The notes beneath the pieces are model-generated. The model worked only from the letters and a program-made list of their open reading frames with translations, did not search any database and was not told where the DNA came from. The position numbers and the translations under genes are program-made. A DNA stretch of 64,000 bases from Acanthaster planci (taxonomy: Eukaryota): positions 556,083-620,082 of the forward strand of contig NW_019091355.1 in NCBI RefSeq assembly GCF_001949145.1. Reading direction: 5' to 3'. Shown in pieces: positions 52,511-64,000 of this stretch. The number at the start of each line of letters is the position of its first letter. Position 1 is the stretch's first letter.

Positions 52511-55500
52511 AAGTTTATATATTTTTTATTGTATTCTATTTGGGGAAGAGTGTCTGCATGAGAAATGTGCGGGTCATTGTCTGGGGAATGTGCGTAACAT
52601 TTGAAACTAAGGGCCACATCGTCTCATCCAAGGAGCACTGACAGAATACAAAGTTTTTCTGGTTCCTGACATGATATTTTTCTGTATGAAAGGTGGAAAT
52701 GTTTCTATAAAAGGTGCTTTAATTTCGCAAAGTAACTTCCGGTAAACCTACATACTTTATATGGCTCTTTGTGTTGTGGCTCTACAAATACATGGCATAA
52801 TGCCAAATCCTGTCTCTTTTTGGTCAAGACGAGACACTCTTCATCTTCACGTTGCGTCTTCCCCAAACTTTGCAGGACGGGGAAATTTACCGATATTCAT
52901 GCACGACTTTGTGATTCATAATTATACTGGGTTGCATAAAGTAGCCTCGTGTACCACATCTACTTTAGCCTGCATACTCTGTGCTACTGCCCAATCACAT
53001 TGTAATTGGAAATTTAACTCTTCATGTTGAAAGACTGGGACAAGGAAATTTGCTTGAAATTTAATTGGCTTATGGAAATGTTAAGTTGGATGTGATTTCT
53101 AGTTTATTTTCCTTCCATGTCTTCAGTGAGAAGTATTTGTTGTCTGTTTCTTGGAGAGGGGTTGTCAATCAAACTTTCATGATCCCTTTCAAGGCATGCC
53201 TTGATATTTTTCAGATAAGTGAGCTAATTTCCTTTTTATTTAAACTTTAAAATGCTCCTCGAGCAGCTCTTTTTATATCTGGAATATGTTTTACTGTCGT
53301 TAGCTCGTGTTGTATACTAGTTTTGTAAATAAAAGTACAGTTAAACCATCACCGTATATTTCATTTTTATTGGCTGAAATTCATAATGAATATGTACAAA
53401 GGACATTACAGCATTTGATTGGACACTGACAATGAATATGCATTTGTATTGGAATGTATGCATGCTATACAGTGTAGCTTTTGCGATATTGCGGAATGAA
53501 TAATCATAATCGTTACTGGTTCTTCTAAATGAAGCCTTCCATATACGGTTATAATTCAATGGGCTAATTCGGTATTTCAACAGCAACATGTCCAGAATGA
53601 AACGCGCCCGAGGTCATTCGGGAACAGAATTACACGCGCACGATGTCTGTCCTATCAGCGCCGTCCGAAACGCGACTCGTACTCGCAAGCGTGGTTTACT
53701 CTCAACTGACCTAGCCTTTTTGAATTACCGAATCGGCAGTCATTTTTAAGCTGTACATATTTATGCACGATTGTTTTTAAAAGGAGTATCCGTTGAAAAG
53801 ATATTTGTTTGACGAAAACTCTGAAATGCTGTTTTCAGTCATGCAATTGTAGTCGTAAATAATATAAATAGTCAAATAGCCATTACTGTCCATTTATTTA
53901 TTTGTTTTATTTAAAGATTGCCTTGGTTTAGAACTTTTACCGTGCTTTTGTGTTATATTTGTATCGTATTGCCTTGTCTGGTATTACTGTTGGTGTTCTA
54001 TTGAAAAATAGTGAAGTTGAGAATGTTATCGCATGACTTTTAAATGTTGCTGTGACATGAAACTGTTCTGGAAAAGTAACAAAGTAAGAGGAAGTCAGTG
54101 ACTGTCAGGTTCGATTGTGGGCGGTTTTGATTAATTTTCGTACTGATTTCAGCTGATTTTGTCATGAGTGAAAGATTTTTTTCCCCAGTGGCGCTGACAC
54201 TGCCCATAAATTTTTTTCTTGTTTCTTGTTCATCAAATGATTTTTTCTCAGTCATTTTGTTGAATTCTTGTCCCTTTAATTGCGTGTATTGCAGTGTCAA
54301 ACGGAGGAATCATGCAGTTGTGGACGATTTTTCAATTTTGAAAAGGTCAAAGTTTAAAATCAACTCCACCGTGACTTAAAATTTGACGGATGAATCTGTG
54401 ATCTTTTGATTATGTCCTCCTATGATACTGTGTTTAAATCACCCAGATAACAATATTTTTGTATTTGAATTATGCACCAGTAAACCTAAAATGGAATAAT
54501 GAGGGGCTGCATTGCAGAAATCGCTTGCCCAAGGTGCTTCTTGTAATAATAGACTTGAAAGATATTAGTGCGTATCTAAATCATTTTTGAGGACATTGAG
54601 TAAAGTGTTAACTCAATTCAGTCGGTGTCTTTGTGAGTTGGAAGAGACATCGCAATTTTACTTCTTTTTGAAGCGACAATCATTGATTACTCCATCAAAG
54701 GTGACTGTCTTTTCCCACACTCTGCCTTAAGTTTGATATTATGCATGTCAGCACCTGTTTCGTGACGTCACAAAATCTTAGCTCATGTATTTTACGTGTA
54801 AATTATGTAAAGATACTGCATTATGAAAGGACGTCACCCTTGTGCCATAGAGTGTCTGATGTGCATGCATTCAGCTAGCTGGTAAGAACAAAATGCTAAG
54901 CGAAAGTTGGCACCTTGTATAACTTTCCTATCTGGAAATTTTGGAGTGGCAGAAATTTGACGGAGCTACCAAGTACAGATATTTGCTAAGGACTGTGCAT
55001 GTTTTGCATAGCAACGAAACTAAATTCCGAAATTCCGCGCGATGTGTAGGCCTGTTGTTTGTGGCTGATCTCATTGTTGCGTTTTCAGAATGAAACAGGC
55101 TGGAAATACGGTGATGAATAGAGATCAGACTGAAATGGTCGGACATAGGGAGTTCGTTTCTGTCTGTTGAAAACGCCGAGGCTTGTATTTAGATGAGGGG
55201 AAATTAAACGTTCTAGTGTGTTTGATTTCAGTGTTGTCTTTAATACACGTGGGAATCTTTTGGACATTACAGCAGAAAAGTTTGAGTGGGTTGGCGTTTT
55301 TTGAATATAACTGAATGCATGAACTACATCACGGTCATCAGATGTTGCTTTCTCAAGAAATATCAAAAACACCAAATTTTCTTTTAATTTCTTGACGTCG
55401 GTCTAAAATAAAATGTAACACTCTACTTTCAAGTTGAGCAATTTTCTTTAAGCGAAAGGTCCTATTGTTTGAGACGAGGAGTAATTTATTTAATAATTAG

Positions 55501-57228
55501 GTTTTGTAAATGACTTTAACTGTAAAGCTTTGTCATAAGCTAGACTTCCATTTTGTTTATTTGAATATTCTGTAGATAGCATACGTTCCGTCATGAAGTA
55601 TGCAAATAAGCTATAAGATTATGCAAATTACATATTTTACATATTTATAAGGTGCTCACGAATGATGTATTTGCTGAATGTTTTATCTTGCCTAAGTCAG
55701 TTTATTACCTCATTGGCGAGAATCGACCTGTAAAATCAAATAAATGTTGATGAGGGTTCATCATCATAATGTACATAATTATGTGCACTGTGTGGTTTAT
55801 ACTTTACCGTTTCCTAATCAGATTATTTTTATATCAATTTGTTTTGCGTTCTTTTTTGGGCGGGGGGAAGGTGTGGCAAAAGTTTCTCGTAAGTGAAGAC
55901 GTATATTATTTGTATCGAAATAAACATTTAGAAAGTTACATGCATTTTTACGGCAGAATTCGTGATCAGAGGAAGGGGAGTATGCGTGTCCCCCACTTTT
56001 TGACTGGTGATGGGCGTGGCCTGTTGAATCATCACCTCTCTTTAAAAAAGGTAGAAAAAAGGTAGATTGCGAAGAATATATTGGACTTCCCCTACAACAA
56101 AAAATGTACTTAATAGCACTAAAAACGGACAACAATTTTTAAAAAGCTACAAATATGCCGTTTTAATGTAAGATTCTGCAGGAATGTTCGTGTACACACT
56201 GCAATAAAGATATACGTCTGTCATGAACGTCACTCCCATATTGTGTCATGGTGTCAGAACCCCACCCTCTAATTTCCATAACTTTGGAAGTCAACCCCCC
56301 CCCCCAACAATTTCCATCATAGTTCCAGCACAGAATTTACGCCACTGCCTTAACATGCAAAAAAAAGTGGATAAAAGGCGCGTACACACGTGCTCTAGCC
56401 TTCTTTTCAAATTTTGCGCGCATGCGTTGTCTTCATGGTTGTTTTCGTCATGGCGCTCCTGCTGTAACATACGGTGTAGTTGGATTATTTTAAGCCTGAA
56501 ATTTCTCGTTTTTCCGTTGTACATCCTGTCGTGTAGACCAGCTCATGTTGTTTTACAAAGCTCAAAGAAGTGCTCTCGCCTGGCATTTTTCAACTACGGA
56601 GATTTAAAGAGGGGTTTTAAGTAGGTACACGAAACTGGAATCTGCTGCGGTTGCACATTTAATGCGTATATTGACAGTACGATGTACATGCACAGTGTAT
56701 GTTGCGAGGACATAAGGAATGGTTGTGTTACATGTATTTCGCCAAATCTAGCATAAAGTTGTCAACGCCATGACTATCCGTCAGTTTTGTCAAGGTGAGT
56801 ACTGTTTCATTCAGTTTTGGGCTCAGCTTTCAACGGTGTGGGGTTCTGCAAGTTCTGACTCGTTTGGAAACATCATTTTTATAGAAATGTAAAGTGTTGA
56901 AAATTGGTGATGTTTGCTTATTCCAGCTAGCTACGTTAATGCATCAACTTCATATACGTAATTCCAAATTCCCGAAATCCATCTGCTGAATGTTCACCAA
57001 AAAAAACCACCCCAAAATGTAAATATTCCTCCCCGCCTTACTAGACACTGTTCAGACTATTACTACAGCTCTTCATGTACTAAGCTGGCTGCTAGTACAG
57101 TTGGGCATGAAGGCCCTCAACTATGGAACTCACTGGATCTCTCATTAAAAAAAGTTTGCAGTCGATCTTTAATCATACACAATTATAAAAATCACTTAGT
57201 GAATGATTGCCTGTAAATTAATCATCCA

Positions 57229-57298
57229 TTAACCCTGACAGTCCCAAATCCTCCAATTTCAATACGATTTTACATACACCCTAGGGGGTTAGGGTTAA
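57229..57298. mobile_element. 70-bp TTAA-flanked element related to 61756-61814
   Basis: TTAACCCT...AGGGTTAA ends; left arm ttaaccctgacagtcccaaatcctcca closely resembles the 61756 copy. Confidence 0.5.
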
Positions 57299-60200
57299 CA
57301 GGTTTTACTGGTTACGCTCTGTCCCATGTAATTTCTGCTATGTTTACATGTGTGTGTTTGTAGTTGTTATTTAATTTAATTCCTTGGGCCCATTACGAGA
57401 CAAGCCCTGCTTTTTAGAGGCCTCGTCCAAATTTTATTGCAGTAATTCTGTGATATTTATCGCATTGCTACGTGGAGAAATAAACAAGATTGATTGATAC
57501 ATGAATGACCTGGGCCTTTTCCTATCACGTTTACACCGCTGCACTCCTTGTTTTTAAATCTAAGACTGGAATACCTTGTCATTTTGGATAGAATGTTGCA
57601 CTACAGCCGTTCTGTACATGCAGGCAAGTCAACAACGTTTTGTAAATGTAAGTACTTATTTTTCCAAACAAAATTAGACATTTTTCTTCGTCCCGGATTT
57701 GTGCCTTTCCAGCAGTTTTGCAGTGACTGACCTTTGTTAAAATAATATACATGTATAGTAAATAAAGTTGAGGCCCTTGCAACGCCCTTTCCAGGGAAAA
57801 AGTTCTATATACGGACGCCACTTGACGCCCCATGCACAAACCTATGAGACTTGTCTGAAAAATTAAGTATTTTCTAAGTAAACAACTTTTTCCCCCGAAT
57901 TAAAACTTTTCTGGACATGTTTTTGCTTTTTGATGGCTAATAGGTCACTGTAGGAAATAATTACTGGAATCCATATACAAAACTCAGCTTTCCATCCTGT
58001 ATTGTACACGTCTTCTGTGCTCAAATGATTGTTTAGAAACTTCAAGATACAAATTTTCATTTAGAAGTTCATGCTTTGTTCTTAGGAGGCTCAACCCTCC
58101 ATTTTTGAATGTTGAATAGGGAATAGTTTCCTTCTCATTTACAGTAGCTAACACATCTTTTACTCTCCCCCTTCCAAGCACATTTGGCTTTTAACACCCT
58201 TGAACAATTTTCTATAACCCTCTTCCCAACAATAAGGCATTGTTGCATATGTTCAGGGTAGATCACCAGGGTCCATAATCAAGAGAGAAAATGCAGGTTT
58301 TGACTGTAGTGCCATATACTGACCACCAAGACAAGCCTGTGATTGGCCAATTCAAAAAGAGGGTGTGTGTATAGGCAGTGGGCATCCATGGGCACTACCA
58401 ACCATAGGATTAACGGATGTAGTCAGTGCCACATCAAGACAGCCAAAGAGTTGGCCAGGGAGATGCGCATGTGTATGAGACCTCAACACAATCAAGAGGA
58501 GGTGCCATTTTCCAAGCAATGGAGGCTCTGTTGGTTAGAACTGCACTTTGTTGATTTACGAATGACGATGAAATGCATGCATTGCAGTTGTATAGTTTCC
58601 AACAGGGCTCTGTTTAACTGGTGAGAGTGTGTTTTGTCTCGAGGCAGATAGTGTGAAGCGAACATTGTGAACGATAAGTGAACAATTACAAGACATCAAG
58701 TTGACGTTGGAGATGCATGAATCATCTGGAGATGTGTTTTTACAGTTTAGACCTACAGACACACCGTTTCATCAAAGTGATATATCTGAGTGAATGTAAT
58801 GATGGGCCAATCACTGCATGCTGCACAACACTTCAACACCTGAAATCCCCCCCCCCGAAGGAAGGCGGCGATATGCTGTTTAAACTCAACTGGGGGAACT
58901 TAAGTGGATGAGAAATGACAAAACCAGAGCCAGCTAACTACAGGAAGACTTCAAAACTGGTGATCGGATCTTAGATGCCGCTGTAGCGGAGAACTCTGAA
59001 CTAAGAGCAGATGGAAACCTGGACTCTACTTCTGGTACTGTCTGGATCCAATCCTGCTTTCCAATTCTTACCCAGACAGTGATCGTGACATTGATTGATT
59101 TAATCCTGAACTCTGATCTCAGACTAGGACTGTAAATGGGGTATTCATTATTGGGAAAATACTTTAATCGTGGAGAATAGGCCAACAGAGCACCAACACA
59201 TATGTCGCTAAACTTTTTTTTTCATGCGAGTGGACCTCATGCTAAAATTTCTTAAGTACTATCTTTGATTTTATTCTTAAACTCTGTTTAATCTCAGTTA
59301 ATCATGTACATATTTTGATGAATTAGAAGCAACAGCAATAAAGAGTGAAGTTGTTTATTCGTTGTCCGTTATTTCCGTGTGAGTTTGGGCAGTGGATACG
59401 GAGTTCAGCTAAATATTCTGTAAATGGAGTGAATTTATTGAAATTTGGATTACAATGTCATTGTTCAACCTCATTCAGTAATTCTTCAAATGAACGCTCT
59501 GGCATGTACAGCGAGTAACATAATAAATCAGTATGTGAGACACATGGATGGATGTTTTGTGTTTGTTGGTGTTTGATGTTGAGTTCGTACTTTACTGTTC
59601 AACTGTCAATTCAGGAGCAAGTCTGCCAAAATTTGTGCCAGCGACTAGACGATTGAGGAATGATGTAATTTAAAACATTACCCGGCCATGGAAATTTGAA
59701 AAGATGGGATGCTGATCCATGATACATGTCCATGTATACTACCTATACTTACAGCACTGAACCTTACCTCAAAATAGCATATTTATACCATATTCTCCCA
59801 TTTTCTCCCCTTTCATTGCTGCTCAATACATCTTGGTTGTTGAGAAGTTCCTAAAATCCTCAAAATCTGTCTTCTGTTTTCGTACACCCCCCCGATCTCC
59901 ACTTCTCCCCTGGATTTATGTTCTTAATCAGCAGCTTTACAGGGTCCTTTTACTCTCCAGATTCTTAGTTTCTATCTATTGTATACTGGTAGTCTCTCAG
60001 TTATTAAAGAACTGTTCTTAACTTAAACAAAAACAGCATTCAGCATGGTTTCATACATGCTTCTCAGATTTGAAATAAATCTTGAAAATTGACTGTGTAT
60101 GTATCATTTGAACTGAGTTCTGTGTGTCATTTTTGTGTGAGAACATTTTCAACATTTGTAAAGGGGGAAATATTTCAAGTGAATTAAATGGGATAATTGC

Positions 60201-61755
60201 ATCGCAGACGAATGAATTTTCCTGAATTTTGCCACTTTATGCACTATTTCTGTTTTCAGTTAGTCTTGTAATGAAGAAGTTGGCAGCTCTGAGAATAGAA
60301 AAAAAATTATGAACGTTAAAATGCCAATTCCGACCTCCATGTCACTCACTTCAAGTGAAACTTGTGATGACGTGTTAAGTAAAGGACCATTGTGAAAAAT
60401 AACATTTTTGATTCGTTTCCAGTATGTTCGTAATTATGATTTATTTTCTATTTGTTCATGATGATATTTTGTATAATTTTTTTTTCAGGTGGGAGGAAAT
60501 GTGATTGAGGATTAGAGCGGGTAAATATTCATACGTCCATTTAAGTTGGTCATTGGTGTTTGTCAGTGCAAAGATTTCATCAGAACTGTACACTTATTAT
60601 GATGCCGCCTTAAGACAAATTTTGAAACTGACATTTGGAAATGTATCAACCTGTTGATAGGTTCATTTAAAATTTGTTGTTGTTTTTTAACTCCAGGGAA
60701 CAGTGCATCTGATGAGCAGGACACGTGGTGAGGATATTGAACAAACACATGCCTGGAAATATTCTTTGTTAAAACAGTCTTTGAATGCCAGAATACTTTG
60801 TATGGCTTTTGTAGTATTGCATTGAAAAAGGCCTTCCCCCCATTGTTGTCTTACCAGGAATCAACACCTAAGTTTTTAAAAAGTTTTAATAAAAGTTTCA
60901 TACGGAGTAACTCCATGCACTGTCGTATCTTGATTGGTTTTGCATTGTAGCTGTTGGAAAAAATGCCAGTAAGTTAATCTGTGACCAAGCTTACAGAATG
61001 CATAATGTGGGAGGCAGCTTTTCTACACGAGTTAAAATGTCTGAAAATCTGAACTTTCTTTTTCCCAGATGATGCTTCTGTGATGCCTCACAAGTCCCTT
61101 CAGGTCAGTTTGAGTCAGGTCATTGAGTACATAAATTATGTCTAACAGATATAGAGATGAAATGCAATTAAGTATAAGCTATTCAGGAATACATAATGCA
61201 TTAATTATTGAATATCCTAGATGAGACATCCAATAAACTGCTCTCCGTTTGAAGGGGAATAAAATAAAAGAATTAGGATGTCAAAAACTGTTTCAGAAAT
61301 GCCATTTAAATTCATAATTAATTTAATTTTAAAAGTGAAAAATTCGAACTGAAGCAAATCCAGTTTCTTTAATTTACCATAACGTGTATTCATCATATTG
61401 AGAGCACTTCAATTTTGATAGTTCACTCAAATCAAATTAAGAAAAACATTTGATTATCACCCTTGTGAAGGTTAATAAATGGTGCAGAATTAATTTCTAC
61501 TTTTGGTTTATTTTGTCCAAGCATTTGTGCATCTTTTGTTGCCATCCTGGAGTGATGTCTCCTCTTGGTAAACTGACAGTAACTGAAACCAACTGGCTTC
61601 ATCCCCTATGCTGAGGACAAGTGAGCCCTCTATTGTCACAAAGAGCTGTCTACAAAGATGAAGTCTACTGTTAAGACATATTGGTCTTCATTTTGGCTCT
61701 TGATGGCCGAAGCACTGTGGAAACTGTTGCTCCAAACAATCAGAAATTTGAGTAA

Positions 61756-61814
61756 TTAACCCTAACAGTCCTCAACCCTCCAACTAGTAAAGGATTGAGG
61801 TCTGTTAAGGTTAA
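61756..61814. mobile_element. 59-bp TTAA-flanked hairpin element (piggyBac-like ends)
   Basis: 24-bp arms ttaaccctaacagtcctcaaccct / aggattgaggtctgttaaggttaa with 3 mismatches and an 11-nt spacer. Confidence 0.6.
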
Positions 61815-62981
61815 TTTTAATCATTGTTTCCATACATTGACTGGATTGGAACTTGGTGCTTTTAAGGAGGTCGGCTTGAAAACAGCAGCGCCGCGTATCT
61901 GTTTTTTCCTTTCGGTGCATTCATGATCAAGAAGCATAGCTTGGTTTTTTCACTCATTATTTGTTGAATGCCTCTCAAAACTCCTGGAAGATGCATGCGA
62001 GGCTGCCGTCATGCAGATAAGGTAAAATTAAAATTATGGCTAATTTCAGTTTGATGGTTGGGGGTTTGATCAGATTGAAACTTGAACTGCACCATTTTGA
62101 AGATATATCAAACTTACACTTCCTTTATTGAATAATTAAATGGTATGCATGCATTATTAAAACTGATGCTAGTAGACTAACTTGTTCAATTACATGTACG
62201 ATAAATACAAATTATTTGAGAATATTACAGTTTTTGCACTGTAAATTCAGCTCATTCTGATGGCTTTTTTAATGTTTGTTATCGCTTTATATCTAAAGCT
62301 TCTTTTACTGATGAGAAAAATTGCCCTTCTTTACCTGACGGTCTCTCAATATAAACATTTTGACCTCCCCAACTTTCAAAGTGTATTTCCAACAATATTC
62401 TGGTATTATTTTTATTTTCAGGCTTCCATGCAGTGAACCTTGGCCCACGAAAAGTGCTTCTTGACTACAGAGAACCAGAAGTAAATCAGGATGTACAGCA
62501 TCTCAAGAGATGTCCAAGTACCATCAACAGAACGTACAAAATCAAAGACACTAAAAGAAATGAAACTTAACGGGGCCCCACCAAGTATGGATTTGTGAGG
62601 ACAATAGAGATCTGGAATGGCAAGGCATGAAATGGTTCATTGTCTCCTCGTACTTCAGTTTGTCAGTCCATGCAGTTTTAGTCCATCAGAACAGTTTTTG
62701 CAGTGTAGAGATAGAAATTTGGCTTGTTTTAGTTCTAGTGGAATCCAACTGGGAATGATTAAGAAAATTTTAGCTCTGAAAAACTGTAATCAAATTACAC
62801 ACATTTTAAGAAACATCTCAATCAGTCAAATTTTTTAATGTTTCAACTTCCACTACTGTTGATCCAAAGGTTGTTTCATTGTTTGGATTTTCATAGAAAT
62901 GAAATCAACATGGTACACCTTTCAAAGGAATGAAACTCGATAAATTGGCCTGGGTTGACAAATGACTTTTGCTTGATCACA

Positions 62982-63340
62982 ACACAAATGATGAATTAAA
63001 ATGTTAACGTTTCATTCTGTGTGTGATTTTATTATATGAGTGTTTCAAAAATGAAATACCTAAAATATTTCTAGTGTATTAAATATGCCTGAATTTTCTT
63101 GCTAGCAGGTGGTAAAACATTTCTCTTTTTAGGACTAAATACTAGCGAAAGAGTAATGATCAGTTCAGGTAGTTTAACAATAGAAATTTATTTTGATACA
63201 ATACTCGAATTTGGGCTCAGAAAACTGATTAAATTACACAAATGATGAAATAAATGTTGGAAATGCTTTATTCTCTGTGTCATTCTATTAAATGAGCATT
63301 CAAAAATGGAACATTTGAAATATTTTTCATTTGTATTAAA
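62982..63340. repeat. Degenerate ~100-bp direct repeat, copies about 254 bp apart
   Basis: acacaaatgatgaa...caaaaatg...tgtattaaa at 62982 and 63236. Confidence 0.55.
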
Positions 63341-64000
63341 AGATCATGCCTTTAAAATTGAAAATGTGTCTTGAAATGCTCAATAACTTTATTGAGCATT
63401 TCTCTTTTGAAGGGCTAGTGAATTTTGACTCTTTTTAATGAAAATACTCAAGATCGATGGTGAAAAAAACAAAACTGACCATTCACAATTGCGCAGTTAT
63501 ACGCAACTGACCAACCAGTTAATGTTATGGAGCTCAATGAAAGATTATAAATATTCAATTAATTTTTTTATTGTATTAACTTTTTGAAATCTGATCAAAT
63601 TGTTTGCAAAGGTCAGAGTTGAGAAACGATTGTTTTACGTGAAGACAAATCCGGTTATATTCTGGAAATGGAGGAAAATGAAACTCAATTTAACTCTGTA
63701 TGGGGTCATTGCTGTTATAAAGCCTCAACACAGTGGAAGCTCAGGTAAGGATCAGTCTGTAACTTCACTCATAAAGAATAGGCATTCTTAAGGTACTTTC
63801 TGAACAAAATTAATTGAATTTCCAACGAATTTATTACCTGGTGCCGGTACTGAGCTATTTCAGACGGATCCAAATTTTAGTCGCTCAAGAGAAATTATTC
63901 ACTCCCAAAAATGGAACTAATTGTACTAAAAAAAGGGCCTGTCTGCTAGAGCATTAATTGGCCATTTTGTATGTTGCTATTTAAGGTTGGTTAAAGAGAC

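Noticed and set aside
53341..63791. Short ORFs downstream of the collagen gene as protein-coding genes
   Set aside because: No recognisable domains, no codon bias and no consistent coding exon chain.

Overview
Eukaryotic (animal, probably marine invertebrate) genomic DNA, AT-rich and CpG-depleted over most of its length. There are no prokaryotic features, and almost all ORF-track entries are spurious. The main content is the 3' part of a + strand collagen gene. I read 30 GT-AG coding exons by hand between 32475 and 52333. They splice into one open frame of about 647 aa of Gly-X-Y repeats with short interruptions, ending [23 protein letters not shown]. That C-terminus matches the NC4 signature of MACIT transmembrane collagens (vertebrate COL13A1/COL23A1/COL25A1, nematode col-99), but with rearranged cysteines. 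The N-terminal/transmembrane exons were not found, so 1-32474 is probably one very large intron carrying decayed retroelements, MITEs and a minisatellite. Points worth a second look: a vicinal Cys-Cys C-terminus that also appears in an intron read-through frame, a 17-nt phase-switching microexon, clusters of STAR/QKI-type and Rbfox-type motifs downstream of three CpG-retaining exons, candidate extra micro/poison exons, strong enrichment of TACATGTA, and tiny TTAA-flanked hairpin elements downstream of the gene. I found no convincing wholly new biological system.
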